Shown: in pieces, positions 38,355 through 48,479 of the stretch
Numbering within the stretch: position 1 is the first letter of the stretch
How the letters are laid out: each line of letters starts with the position of its first letter
DNA from: Myxococcota bacterium
Lineage (GTDB): Bacteria > Myxococcota_A > UBA9160 > UBA6930
Reading direction: 5' to 3'
Assembly (NCBI GenBank): GCA_965223415.1
Contig: OZ245002.1
Coordinates: 3,776,001 to 3,840,000, forward strand
DNA: 64,000 bases
Notes under the pieces: model-generated
Told to the model about the DNA's origin: nothing
Databases searched by the model: none
What the model saw: the letters and a program-made list of their open reading frames with translations, nothing else
Made by a program: the position numbers and the translations under genes

Positions 38355-39302
38355 TCAGCCCTTGGCTTCCTGCACGGCCGCCGTCAGGGCCGGGACGATC
38401 TCGAAGAGGTCGGCGACGACGCCGAGCTGGGCCACCTCGAAGATGGGGGCGTCCGGATCCTTGTTGATGGCGATGATGAAGTTCGAGCCCTTCATGCCGA
38501 CCAGGTGCTGGATGGCACCCGAGATGCCGGCGGCGACGTAGAGCTTCGGCGTCACCACCTGGCCCGAGGAGCCGACCTGGTACTCGTGGGGGAGCCAGCC
38601 GGCGTCGACCACCGGGCGGGAGGCACCCATGGCACCGCCGAGGGCCTCGGCGAGGGGCTGGATGACCTCCGGGAACTTCTCCGGGTCGCCCACGCCACGG
38701 CCGCCGGAGACGATCACGTCGGCCTTGGAGAGATCGACGCCCTTCGCCTCGGCCACCTTCACCTCGACGAACTTCGCCCGGGCGCCGGAGGTGTCGACGT
38801 TGAGCGTCTCGACGGCGCCGTCGGTCGAGCCCTCGAAGGGGGCCACCGCGCCGGGCTGCACGGTCACGACGGCCTTGTCGCCGGCCACCGTCACCCGGGC
38901 GTCGAGCTTGCCGTTGAAGACGCGGCGGACGTAGGCGCCGTCCGCGAAGTCGAAGACGTCGGACACGAAGGCCACGTCCAGGCCCGCCGCGATGCGCGGA
39001 GCCACGTCCCAGCCCGAGGGCGTGTTCGAGACCAGCACCACGTCGGCGCCGGAGGCCTCGATGCCCGCGCGGATCGCCGCCGTCCAGCCGTCGACGTTGT
39101 AGTTGGCGAGGGAGGCGTCGTCGGCCAGGTAGACCGTGCCTCCCCCCTTCTTCGCGAAGCTCTCGGCCTCGCCGGCCACGCCGCTGCCGATCACGAGGCT
39201 CTTCACGTCCCCGCCGATCTTCTGGGCGAAGGCGGCCAGCTCGTAGCTCGCTTCGCGGATCGCGCCGTCCTTGAGTTCCGTGACGATGAGGATCGTGCCC
39301 AT
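38355..39302 (-). CDS. etfA: Electron transfer flavoprotein alpha subunit
   Basis: [46 protein letters not shown]. Confidence 0.95.
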   Translation of the reverse strand: MGTILIVTELKDGAIREASYELAAFAQKIGGDVKSLVIGSGVAGEAESFAKKGGGTVYLADDASLANYNVDGWTAAIRAGIEASGADVVLVSNTPSGWDVAPRIAAGLDVAFVSDVFDFADGAYVRRVFNGKLDARVTVAGDKAVVTVQPGAVAPFEGSTDGAVETLNVDTSGARAKFVEVKVAEAKGVDLSKADVIVSGGRGVGDPEKFPEVIQPLAEALGGAMGASRPVVDAGWLPHEYQVGSSGQVVTPKLYVAAGISGAIQHLVGMKGSNFIIAINKDPDAPIFEVAQLGVVADLFEIVPALTAAVQEAKG

Positions 39303-39325
39303 CGCTCTTCTCCTTCCGCCGGCCC

Positions 39326-40108
39326 CTAGAGGAGGCCCAGCTCCTTGATCTTGTTCACGAGCTGGGACACCACCTCGTCGGTGGAGCCCTCGATGATATC
39401 CGCGCCCTCGCCCTTCACCGGCGCGTAGATCTTCTCGATCTGCGCCTTGGCCGCGGCCCCGCCTACCTGGCCCGAGAGGCCGAGATCGCCGGCGCCCTTC
39501 TCGTCGATGGGCTTTTTCTTCGCGGCCATGATGCCCTTGAGCGAGGCGTAGCGGACCTGGTTCAGGCCCGACTGCACCGCGATGAGGCAGGGCTTCGGCA
39601 GGTCCACCACCTCGAGGGCGCCGCCCTCGAGCTCGCGCTCGCAGCGGTAGCCGTCGCCTTCGGCCGTCACGCTCATGACTGCGGTGGCGCTCGGCACGCC
39701 CATCAGCTCGGCCAGCATCGGCGCCACGGCGGAGGCGTTGCCGTCGTCGGACATGAGCCCCATCAGGACCAGGTCCGGGCTCTCCTCCTTGGCCACGGCC
39801 GCCAGCACCTTGGCGATGCCGAGCGCGTCCGAGCCGTCGACCTCCGCATCCTTCACGTGGACGGCGCGGTCGGCGCCCATGCCGAGCGCCGTGCGCAGGG
39901 CCTGGGTCACGCGGTCGGGGCCGATCGACGCCACGACCACTTCGGCCTCGCCGGCGTCCTTGATGCGCAGTGCCTCCTCGAGGGCGAAGGTGTCGTAGCT
40001 GTTGATCTCGAACTTGATGCCGTCTTCCTTGATCCAGGTGCCCGCGCCGTCGATGTCGAGGCGGGCATCCTGGTGCGGCACCTGCTTCAGGCAGACCAGG
40101 ATCTTCAT
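39326..40108 (-). CDS. etfB: Electron transfer flavoprotein beta subunit
   Basis: MKILVCLKQVP, ALGMGADRA, RYASLKGIMAAKKK. Confidence 0.95.
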   Translation of the reverse strand: MKILVCLKQVPHQDARLDIDGAGTWIKEDGIKFEINSYDTFALEEALRIKDAGEAEVVVASIGPDRVTQALRTALGMGADRAVHVKDAEVDGSDALGIAKVLAAVAKEESPDLVLMGLMSDDGNASAVAPMLAELMGVPSATAVMSVTAEGDGYRCERELEGGALEVVDLPKPCLIAVQSGLNQVRYASLKGIMAAKKKPIDEKGAGDLGLSGQVGGAAAKAQIEKIYAPVKGEGADIIEGSTDEVVSQLVNKIKELGLL

Positions 40109-40275
40109 GGGGACAAACTCCGGGTTGCGGTCAATGAGGCCCGAGGCGCGCCGGTCCCAGCGATCCCGGAGCGGCCCGGGGGAGGGGAGGGGGCTTCGAG
40201 CGAGGGCGGACGGTAACGGAGTAGGGGGCGCATTTCAACCGACGACCTGGGGGAAAGTGACCCAGATTCACGGGT

Positions 40276-41622
40276 TTACGCGCCGTTCCCGGCGTCCAGC
40301 CGGGCGCGGATCCGGGCGTGCTCGGCCTCGGTCAGGCGGAACCGCGAAAAGATCAGGGCGCCGATCGTGTAGAGGAGGAGGGGGGCACCCCCCATCAGCA
40401 GGAGCATCGATTGCTTCGTGGTGGCGCTCTGCTCCGCGAGCTCCCGGTCGAAGCCGGTCCACTCGAGCACGAGACCAGTGAGCCCCACCATGAGCGCGCC
40501 GCCCACCTTGCTGACGAAGCTCCAGGCTGCGAAGTACGCGCCCTCCTTGCGCTGGCCGGTACGGAACTCGTCCACGTCGACCAGGTCGGCCTTGAGGGCC
40601 TGGCCGAGAGTGGCGCCGCAGGCGCCCGCCGTGCCGGCGAGGAGTGACGAAAAAGCCATCACCGGCCAGTCGCCCTCGCCCACGAAGAGCAGGATCCCGA
40701 ATCCCACGCCGGTCTGGACCATCGCGAAGAGCCACAGCTTGCGCTTCTCGAAGCGGCGGCCGAGACGTACCCACAGCGGGATCGCCGCGAGGGTGCAGCC
40801 CGTGTAGACCATCAGCATGTGCGGCGTGTAGTCCGGCATCTTCATCACGTACTCGAGCACGAAGGGCACCAGCACGCCGATGGCGCCGGTGCCCATGCTC
40901 TCGACGAAGTAGACGAAGAGGATCAGCCGGGCATCCCGGTTCGCCCACACGTCGGCGACGGCCCGTAGGGGGTTGGTGGCGCCGCGGCCCTGGTAGTCGG
41001 AGCGCTCGCCCGGCATGGCCCGCACGCCCCACACGATGAGCGCGATCGAGACCGCGCCCACGCCGAGGGCCAGCAGCTCCGCGTCGCGCGGCTCGCCCTT
41101 CTGCACCACCGACACGCCGTAGGTGTAGGCGCCGACCATCGAGAGGATGCGCACGAACTGGCGGGCGCCGAAGACCCGGTTGCGCGCGAGGGGGTCGTGG
41201 GTGAGCTCCGCGCCGAGGGCCATGTGAGGCACGTCGAAGGCGGTGTACGCGGTGTAGAAGCCGAACACCGCTACGGAGATCCAGGCGTGGAGCGAGAAGC
41301 CCTCGAGGCCGGAAGGCGGCGCGAACATCATCCAGGACAGGAGCGCGATCGGCACGCAGGAGCCGAGCAGCCAGGGCCGCCGCCGCCCCAGGCCGCCGCG
41401 CGTGCGGTCGGAGAGGAAGCCTGCCATCGGGTCCGACACCCCGTCCCAGATCTTCGAGACGAGGAAGATCACGCCGACCACTCCTGGCGACGCACCGAGC
41501 TTGACCGTGGCGAAGTAGAGGTACATCACCACGATGACGTTGTAGATGAAGCTCGGACCGAAGCCCGCCGCCGCGTAGGCGGAGAGTCCGCGCCGGGAGA
41601 GCGGCGGGGAGCTGGCAGGCAC
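40276..41622 (-). CDS. MFS transporter, GPH/MelB-like family
   Basis: IWDGVSDPMAGFLSDRT..GRRRPW, DVDEFRTGQRKEGAYF; about 12 TM segments. Confidence 0.88.
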   Translation of the reverse strand: MPASSPPLSRRGLSAYAAAGFGPSFIYNVIVVMYLYFATVKLGASPGVVGVIFLVSKIWDGVSDPMAGFLSDRTRGGLGRRRPWLLGSCVPIALLSWMMFAPPSGLEGFSLHAWISVAVFGFYTAYTAFDVPHMALGAELTHDPLARNRVFGARQFVRILSMVGAYTYGVSVVQKGEPRDAELLALGVGAVSIALIVWGVRAMPGERSDYQGRGATNPLRAVADVWANRDARLILFVYFVESMGTGAIGVLVPFVLEYVMKMPDYTPHMLMVYTGCTLAAIPLWVRLGRRFEKRKLWLFAMVQTGVGFGILLFVGEGDWPVMAFSSLLAGTAGACGATLGQALKADLVDVDEFRTGQRKEGAYFAAWSFVSKVGGALMVGLTGLVLEWTGFDRELAEQSATTKQSMLLLMGGAPLLLYTIGALIFSRFRLTEAEHARIRARLDAGNGA

Positions 41623-41631
41623 GGAGCCCGC

Positions 41632-42333
41632 TCAGTACCCCATGAAGCCGAGGAAGTCCTCGAGCTTGCTCACGCGCAGGTACGGATTCGTGCGCTTCTG
41701 CTCGCCCATCGTCGACGAGGGATCCGCCGCGTAGAGGTGGCCGGGATAGAGCAGCGTCTCGTCGGGGAGCTTGCCGAGCTGGCCGTGGAGGCTCTCGTAG
41801 AGGGCTTCCGGATCGCCGCCGGGCAGGTCGACGCGCCCGCAGCTGCCGAGGAAGAGCGTGTCGCCGGAGACCAGGCTGCCGGGACCGCCAGAGGTCTCCA
41901 CGAGGAAGCACTGGGAGCCGGGCGTGTGCCCCGGCGTGTGGAGCAGCCGGATCGTCACGCTCCCCAGCTCGATCGTGTCGCCGCCCTCGTGGCGCACGAG
42001 CTCGTTCTCACTGAGGCCGGTCACCTGACGAAGGCCCTCCGCCTCGACCTTGTTGACGTGCACCGGCACGGGCCGGCGGGTCATCAGCTCGGCGAGCCCC
42101 TCGATCTCCGTGCCGAAGATCGATCCGCCCACGTGATCCTGGTGATAGTGGGTGACGAGGGCGCCCACCACGTTCATGCCGTCGCCCGCGGCGAGGTCGA
42201 GGAGGCCTTCCACGTTCCAGGCCGGATCCACGACGACACACTCCCGCGTCGCGCGGCTGCCGACGAGGTAGACGAGGTTCGCCATCTCTCCGACGGGGAT
42301 CTGGTGGAAGTAGAGATCGCTGGCATCACTCAC
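41632..42333 (-). CDS. MBL-fold metallo-hydrolase (glyoxalase II-like)
   Basis: THYHQDHVGG, HTPGHTPG, SGDTLF, YPGH. Confidence 0.9.
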   Translation of the reverse strand: MSDASDLYFHQIPVGEMANLVYLVGSRATRECVVVDPAWNVEGLLDLAAGDGMNVVGALVTHYHQDHVGGSIFGTEIEGLAELMTRRPVPVHVNKVEAEGLRQVTGLSENELVRHEGGDTIELGSVTIRLLHTPGHTPGSQCFLVETSGGPGSLVSGDTLFLGSCGRVDLPGGDPEALYESLHGQLGKLPDETLLYPGHLYAADPSSTMGEQKRTNPYLRVSKLEDFLGFMGY

Positions 42334-42448
42334 GCGTCCCAGAATGCCCCGTGCGGCCGGGTACCGCCCGTTGTTTTTCGAGCCACCGCTTGACGCGGTT
42401 CCACAGCCGTTCCACAGTGGGTGCTCACGACCCCAAGGAGGCTGCTCG

Positions 42449-44134
42449 ATGCGCGCCACACGATCCCTGCCGCTGATCCTCGCCGGACTCCTCATGATGG
42501 TCGCGGCCCAGGCGGGCGCCTTTCCGAAGACCCTCAACGACTGGCAGAATCGCTACGGCGCCTCATCCGCCTCCGGCGACAATGCCGACTGCCAGCTCTG
42601 CCACGTGAACGCCAACGGCGGCGATCCGTGGAACGGCTACGGGTGGGACATGCGGGATGCGCTGGTCGATCTCACCTGCGATGTCAGCGGCGACGGCACC
42701 GTCTCCAACGCCGAAGCACTCTTCTGCATCGAGCTCGACAACTCCGACGGCGACGGCAGCGGCGTCGACAACACCACGGAGATCGGAGTCAGCACCCAGC
42801 CCGGCTGGACGAACGGCGCCTTCAACACCCACTTCTTCAAGTCGGGCCTGGTCACGATGAACAACCCGCCGCCGGCGACGATCGGCAAGCTCGACCCCGA
42901 CGGAACCGAGCCCCCGCCGCCCCCGCCGCCTCCGCCGCCGGACGACGACGCCGACGTGCCTCCCGGGCAGCTCAAGCGCGACACCATCGTGGTGCGCCCG
43001 GGCGAGTCGATCCAGGCCGCCATCGACCGGGCCAAGCCCGGCACGCGGATCTACATCCTGGCGGGCACCTACCGGGAGCTCTCGAACCCGACCAATGCCC
43101 TCAACATCACCAAGAACGGCATCCGCCTGATCGGTCAGGAGACGTCGAACAAGCGCGTGGTCATCGAGAACGCGGGCAACCAGCGCAACGGCATCGTGGT
43201 CGTGCCCGAGGACCGGGTCGACTGCATGAGCTGCCACACCGACCTGGCACCGCCCTTCCCGTTGAAGCCCGGTGTGCCCCTGGGCCTCAAGATGCGGGAT
43301 CCGATGATGACGGGCTTCGAGATCCGCAACATCACGATCCGGGGCTTCGACAACAACGGGCTCTTCACCGAGAACGTCGACGGCTTCAAGATCATCAACG
43401 TGGAGTCGGTGGACAACCGCAACTACGGGATCTTCCCGACCCTCTCGAAGAACGGTATCGTCACCCACAGCCGAGCCACCGGCTCGGACACGGACAGCGG
43501 CATCTGGGTCGAGACCTCCGAGAACGTCGTCGTCAGCCACAACTACGCGGCGGACAACGTCAACGGCATCGAGGTCTCCAACAGCGACGACGTGCTGGTC
43601 GTCCACAACGAGTCGACGAACAACACGATCGGCGCCGCCATCCTGCTGCTTCCGGACATCTTCGACGATCGCCCCGGCGCCAAGCGGATCGACCTTCGCG
43701 ACAACCACTTCCACTCGAACAACCGGCTGAACACCGCGCGCCCCGGATCCATCCTGGCTTCCGTACCGAGGGGGATCGGGGTGATCTATCTCGGCGTGGA
43801 CGACTCGACGGTCGAGGGCAATCTGATCGAGGACAACGAGTTCACCGGGGTTGCCACGGTGGACTACTGCCTGGCGGTGTTGGGGACGCCCTTCGACTGC
43901 GGGCTCGATCCGTCGGTCACGCCCCAGTTCCTGGCGGACCAGTCGGCGACGAACAACGCCATGCTCGGCAACACCATGATCGACAACGGCACGAACCCGG
44001 ATCCGACGAGCCCCTTCGCCTTCACGGCGGCGGACTTCACGCTGCTCACGGCGGGCGATTGGGGGAACTGCTACGAGGGCAACGCGTTCACCACGTTCTT
44101 CTCGTTCCTCGGGGTCCTGCCGCCCTGCAACTGA
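42449..44134 (+). CDS. Secreted parallel beta-helix protein with two CXXCH motifs
   Basis: AAGGAGG SD, signal peptide, CQLCH, poly-Pro linker, SIQAAID..PG, CMSCH, G/N/I-rich coil repeats. Confidence 0.8.
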   Translation: MRATRSLPLILAGLLMMVAAQAGAFPKTLNDWQNRYGASSASGDNADCQLCHVNANGGDPWNGYGWDMRDALVDLTCDVSGDGTVSNAEALFCIELDNSDGDGSGVDNTTEIGVSTQPGWTNGAFNTHFFKSGLVTMNNPPPATIGKLDPDGTEPPPPPPPPPPDDDADVPPGQLKRDTIVVRPGESIQAAIDRAKPGTRIYILAGTYRELSNPTNALNITKNGIRLIGQETSNKRVVIENAGNQRNGIVVVPEDRVDCMSCHTDLAPPFPLKPGVPLGLKMRDPMMTGFEIRNITIRGFDNNGLFTENVDGFKIINVESVDNRNYGIFPTLSKNGIVTHSRATGSDTDSGIWVETSENVVVSHNYAADNVNGIEVSNSDDVLVVHNESTNNTIGAAILLLPDIFDDRPGAKRIDLRDNHFHSNNRLNTARPGSILASVPRGIGVIYLGVDDSTVEGNLIEDNEFTGVATVDYCLAVLGTPFDCGLDPSVTPQFLADQSATNNAMLGNTMIDNGTNPDPTSPFAFTAADFTLLTAGDWGNCYEGNAFTTFFSFLGVLPPCN

Positions 44135-44149
44135 CCCAGCCGGGCGAGG

Positions 44150-45400
44150 TCAGGGCCGAGGCCGCTCCTCGGCCCTGACCTCGAGGCGCTTCGTCTGCCG
44201 GCGGCGCGCTTCGATCTTCGCCAGCTCCTCGAGCTCGGCGGTGCGCTCGCGCAGCTTCCGGATCACCGGGTCCGGCGGGGCGTCGTCGCCTGGCGGCCCG
44301 CTCGCGACCGCCGGCGGCTCCGCTTCGGGCTCGTAGCGGACCGTTCGCGTCACCTCGTGAAGCTCGCCCTTGCGATCGCGCGCGCGGAAGCGGATCTCGT
44401 TGCGGCCGGGGCGAAGCTCGACGAAGGCGTCGAAGCTCCCGTCCGGGAAGACGCGGAGAGCTCGAGCGGGCTCGCCGGTGGTGGCGTTGTCGATCTCGAC
44501 GTCGGCGAGGCCTACCAGGTCGAGCTGGCGCAGGCGGTTCACGATCATGGACGGCTGGGTCACGGCCTCGAGCCGGCCGGAGGTCCAGCCGGTCATGCGT
44601 GCCAGCACGTCGACCCCGGCCTGGGCCTCGGGGCCGATGGCGAAGGCGAACAGCCGGATGTCGTCTCGCCCGGCGGCGATGGCGGCCTCGAGCGCGTAAC
44701 GCTCCGCGCGCCCGCCGTGGATCGGCCGCGTCGGCGCGCCGTCGGAGAGGAAGACGATCGAGCGCAGTCGGTCGTCCGGGAGGCCCTGGGCCGGGCGGAG
44801 CTGGTCGTGGGCGGCGCGGACCGCCGCCTGGTAGTTGGTGCCGGCGCCTTCGCGGTAGAGATCCCGGGGAACGTCGGTGAGGGCCGAGGCCAGTGCGTCG
44901 CGGCTGCTGCCGAGGGGCGCAGCGATCCGCGATTCCTCGGCGAAGGTGACGAGGCCGACCCGGAAGCGCGCCGGGTCCAGCCGCGAGACGAGGGCCCGGG
45001 CCGCCTCGAGCTCGGCAGCCAGAACCGTGTCTTCGAAGTCCTGCTCGTCGCGCAGCCTGCGCACGAGAGGCGAGTCGCCGGTCTGCTCCTCGAGCCAGGC
45101 CAGCAGCTCCGGGTCGGTCCGGCCCCCCGGTCCGTCCCCGTCGAGCTCGAGACCCGAGTCGAGGAGCGTGCTGGCGGACACGTCGAGGGCAATCACCACG
45201 TCGTGGCCCGAGCCCCGGCGCGTGCCGCCGTGGCCCAGCACCTCGATGAGCTCCCGCTCGGAGACCGCGCCGCCCGCGGCCGGCGCGTCCACCTCCAGGA
45301 AGGGGCTCGCCGCGGCCACCGGACGGCCCAGCAGGAGCAGAAGGGCGGAGAGCCTCAGGAGGGTGCGGGCAGCGAGGGGAGCATCCACGGAAGGGAGCAT
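44150..45400 (-). CDS. Exported vWA-domain protein
   Basis: MIDAS DVSAS, GTNY, VFLSDG; signal peptide. Confidence 0.8.
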   Translation of the reverse strand: MLPSVDAPLAARTLLRLSALLLLLGRPVAAASPFLEVDAPAAGGAVSERELIEVLGHGGTRRGSGHDVVIALDVSASTLLDSGLELDGDGPGGRTDPELLAWLEEQTGDSPLVRRLRDEQDFEDTVLAAELEAARALVSRLDPARFRVGLVTFAEESRIAAPLGSSRDALASALTDVPRDLYREGAGTNYQAAVRAAHDQLRPAQGLPDDRLRSIVFLSDGAPTRPIHGGRAERYALEAAIAAGRDDIRLFAFAIGPEAQAGVDVLARMTGWTSGRLEAVTQPSMIVNRLRQLDLVGLADVEIDNATTGEPARALRVFPDGSFDAFVELRPGRNEIRFRARDRKGELHEVTRTVRYEPEAEPPAVASGPPGDDAPPDPVIRKLRERTAELEELAKIEARRRQTKRLEVRAEERPRP

Positions 45401-45424
45401 CGCATGGTGCTGCCGGTCCGGCAG

Positions 45425-45736
45425 CTACTCCTCGTCGTGCAGGTGGACCTGCAGCACGTCGCCCTCGAGCTTGACTTCGTACACCTGCACCTCGTCGCCG
45501 TCGTCCAGGCCCTCCCCCGTGCGTACGTGATAGGCGTAGCCGTGGATCGGGCACAGCACGCACTCGCCCTCGAGCGTGCCCTCGCCGAGGCTGCCGCCGG
45601 CGTGGGGGCAGAGATCGTCCATGGCGAAGTAGCCCTCGGCGCTGCGGCCGATGGCCAGGTAGCGGCCGCCCATGTGGAAGGTGCGCACCTCGCCCTCGCG
45701 GAGCTTCGACGCGGGCTCGAGGGTGTGCCAGGCCAC
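45425..45736 (-). CDS. Rieske-type [2Fe-2S] ferredoxin
   Basis: CPHAG...CPIHG. Confidence 0.9.
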   Translation of the reverse strand: MAWHTLEPASKLREGEVRTFHMGGRYLAIGRSAEGYFAMDDLCPHAGGSLGEGTLEGECVLCPIHGYAYHVRTGEGLDDGDEVQVYEVKLEGDVLQVHLHDEE

Positions 45737-45742
45737 TGCGGG

Positions 45743-46453
45743 CTAGGCGGCGTCGCCCAGTGTCTTCAGGATCCACGCCTCCAGCGTGCCGAGGACCTCG
45801 GCGTGGACCTCCTCCGGCGTCCGGCCGGACTTCTTCGCGACCCGGAGCCCGTGGTCGGCCTCGTCGACCACGTGCAGCTGCACCGGAGCGCCGACCCGCC
45901 CGAGGGTCTTGCGAAGGGCCGGCAGGTCGCAGTGGCGATCCTTGTTCCCCTGGAGGAACAGCATCGGGCTCACCACCCGCCACAGCCGCTCGGCCCGGAG
46001 GTCCTCCGGGTTGTCCTGCTTGTGGAGTGGGAAGCCCATGAAGAAGATGCCCTCGATGCGCAGCCGGGAGGTCGCCGCGTGGGCCGCCGCCAGGGCGCCG
46101 GTGTTCTTCCCGCCGATGAAGACGTGGGCCGGCGCCGCCGTCGGATCCCGCCCCAGCATGTTCACCGCCGAGTGGAAGGTGCGCTGGAGCACCCGCGGAT
46201 CGTCCGGCTTCCGCTTGCCCGCCATCTGATAGGGGAAGCAGAATCGAAGGGTCAGGTACTTCCGCTCGGTGAGCGAGCGCTGAAGGGACTCGATCAGCGG
46301 GTCGTCCTCTGCCGCGCCCTGGGCGAAGACGACGCTGATCCGGGAGCCGGTGGGCCACCACTCCGGAATCCCCAGGACGCCCTTCACCGCTTCCAGGCCG
46401 TGCACAGGCTCCGGCAGGCGGATCTCGATCTCTTCGTACTGGGCCTCGGCCAC
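45743..46453 (-). CDS. Alpha/beta-hydrolase-fold protein with altered nucleophile elbow
   Basis: RFCFPY, IGGKNTGA, GFPLH, FLQGNKD, ADHG. Confidence 0.75.
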   Translation of the reverse strand: MAEAQYEEIEIRLPEPVHGLEAVKGVLGIPEWWPTGSRISVVFAQGAAEDDPLIESLQRSLTERKYLTLRFCFPYQMAGKRKPDDPRVLQRTFHSAVNMLGRDPTAAPAHVFIGGKNTGALAAAHAATSRLRIEGIFFMGFPLHKQDNPEDLRAERLWRVVSPMLFLQGNKDRHCDLPALRKTLGRVGAPVQLHVVDEADHGLRVAKKSGRTPEEVHAEVLGTLEAWILKTLGDAA

Positions 46454-46649
46454 CGCCAATCGGTGCTCTCCTGTCGGGGCTTCCGCTTCCCGCGGGGTGC
46501 CGTCCCTGGGGACACACCCGGCGCGGGTAGGCACGATGGGGCCCGCGCCTCGGGGATTGCCGGCCGGCAGGATACCCGTTCGGCCTGTCGGGGGTAGTGG
46601 GGCCGCTCCCGCCTCGATACCTTCGTCGCTGCAACCCCTCGGGACCACT

Positions 46650-47570
46650 ATGGAAAAAGTCCTCATTACCGGCATCGCCGGGGGCCAGGGACGGCTGCTC
46701 GCCCGCCGGCTGGCCGCGGACGGCGCCGTCTGCGGCGTCGACTGGACAGCGTGGGACGGAGCCCCCGATGGGGTGGCTGTTCACGTCCTCGACCTGCGCA
46801 AGCGCAAGTTCGAGGACGTGATCCGCACCGAGCGCCCGAGCGCGGTCGTCCACCTGGGGATGATCCGCCACTTCAAGGGCGACCCGAAGCGGCGCCACGA
46901 CGTGAACGTGCGGGGCACCAAGCAGCTCCTCGACCACTGTGTCGAGTACGGCGTCCAGAAGATCGTCGTGCTCTCGAGCGGCTACGTCTACGGGGCGTTC
47001 CCGGAGAACCCCTTCTACCTGGACGAGGAGCACCCGCTCTCCGCCAGCCGCAGCTATCCGGAGATCCGCGACCTGGTCGAGGTCGACACCCTGGCCGGCG
47101 CCTTTCTCTGGAAGTACCCGCACATCCGCACCTGCGTGCTCCGCCCGGTGAACGTGCTCGGCGGCCAGGTGCGCTCGATGATCGCCGACTACCTGCGTCG
47201 CGAGCGCGTGCCTACCGTGCTGGGCTTCGACCCGATGATGCAGTTCCTGCACGAGGACGACATGAGCGAGGCCATCGCACTGGCCCTCGCCAAGGGGCTC
47301 CAGGGCATCTTCAACGTCACCGGCCCGGGCCAGGTGCCCCTTCACACCGCCATCGCAGAGACCGGAGGCCAGGCGCTGCCCATCCTCGAACCCCTGTTCC
47401 GGCCGGCGATCCGGATGCTCTTCGGCGCCGGCGTCGTTCCGTGGCCTCCCGGCGCGATCGATTTCCTGAAGTTCCCGGTCACGCTCTCGGGCAAGCGCTT
47501 CGCGGAGGAGACCGGCTTCCAGCCCCTCTTCGGCCTGAACGAGACTTTCACCGCCCTGCAGAAGGGCTGA
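46650..47570 (+). CDS. NAD-dependent epimerase/dehydratase family protein
   Basis: VLITGIAGGQG, NVRGT, SSGYVYGA, GFDPMMQFLHEDD. Confidence 0.88.
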   Translation: MEKVLITGIAGGQGRLLARRLAADGAVCGVDWTAWDGAPDGVAVHVLDLRKRKFEDVIRTERPSAVVHLGMIRHFKGDPKRRHDVNVRGTKQLLDHCVEYGVQKIVVLSSGYVYGAFPENPFYLDEEHPLSASRSYPEIRDLVEVDTLAGAFLWKYPHIRTCVLRPVNVLGGQVRSMIADYLRRERVPTVLGFDPMMQFLHEDDMSEAIALALAKGLQGIFNVTGPGQVPLHTAIAETGGQALPILEPLFRPAIRMLFGAGVVPWPPGAIDFLKFPVTLSGKRFAEETGFQPLFGLNETFTALQKG

Positions 47571-47576
47571 GGGCCG

Positions 47577-48479
47577 ATGGCGTCGCGGCAAGCGCGAGAC
47601 GAGCGGCGGGGCGGGCTGCTGGATGCGATCCGCGGGGCGGTGATGCCCGACGCGGTGGAAGAGCTGCAGCGGGAGATCGCCGATCGCCTCCAGAAGATCC
47701 CCACGATGCTGAACGAGTTCGGCTACGACGCCTTCGGCCTTCACCCGGGGACGGCCCGCCAGAACATGCTCACGGCGGCCCTGGCCTATCGCTACTACTT
47801 CCGGGCCGAGGTCTTCGACATCGACCGCGTGCCATCGACGGGACGGGTGATGCTGATCGGCAACCACGCGGGCCAGCTTCCCTTCGACGGGATGATGATC
47901 GGCGTGGCCATGCTCCTCGAGGCGAATCCGCCGCGTCTCGTGCGGGGCCTGGGCGAGTACTTCATCCCGCGCCTGCCGTTCCTGAGCTTCGCCGCCGAGC
48001 GCGGCGGCAACCTCGTGGGCACGCCGGAGAACTGCGAGGCGCTCCTCGAGGCCGACGAGTGCGTGATGGTGTTTCCGGAGGGCGCCAGGGGGATGGGCAA
48101 GACCTTCGACCAGCGGTACGTCCTCCAGCGCTTCGGTCTGGGCTTCATGCGGATCGCCCTCCAGACGCGCACGCCCATCGTGCCGGTGGGGGTCGTGGGA
48201 TCCGAGGAGCAGGCGCCGGGGTTGGCGAACCTGGAATCGGTCGGGAAGCTCCTCGGTACGCCGGGCTTCCCGATTCCCTTTACCTTTCCCCTGCTCGGGC
48301 CCTTGTGCCTGCTGCCCCTGCCGGTGAAGTACCGGATCCATTTCGGGGAGCCGATGCGCTTCGAGGGAAACAGCAACGACGAGGATCACGTGGTGCAGGC
48401 GAAGGTGACCGAGGTGCGCGCCGCCATCGACGGGCTGCTGGCCACGGGCCGCGAGCAGCGCAAGGGGATCTTCCGATGA
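47577..48479 (+). CDS. Lysophospholipid acyltransferase family protein
   Basis: NHAGQLPFDG, VFPEG; paralog of 35106-35993. Confidence 0.88.
   Translation: MASRQARDERRGGLLDAIRGAVMPDAVEELQREIADRLQKIPTMLNEFGYDAFGLHPGTARQNMLTAALAYRYYFRAEVFDIDRVPSTGRVMLIGNHAGQLPFDGMMIGVAMLLEANPPRLVRGLGEYFIPRLPFLSFAAERGGNLVGTPENCEALLEADECVMVFPEGARGMGKTFDQRYVLQRFGLGFMRIALQTRTPIVPVGVVGSEEQAPGLANLESVGKLLGTPGFPIPFTFPLLGPLCLLPLPVKYRIHFGEPMRFEGNSNDEDHVVQAKVTEVRAAIDGLLATGREQRKGIFR

Noticed and set aside
42398..42417. DnaA boxes / replication origin
   Set aside because: Each copy has two mismatches to TTWTNCACA, there are only two copies, and there is no AT-rich unwinding region or dnaA
42911..42940. Functional link between the nine-proline linker and nearby efp
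   Set aside because: EF-P acts in trans; the genes are over 7 kb apart in different transcription units
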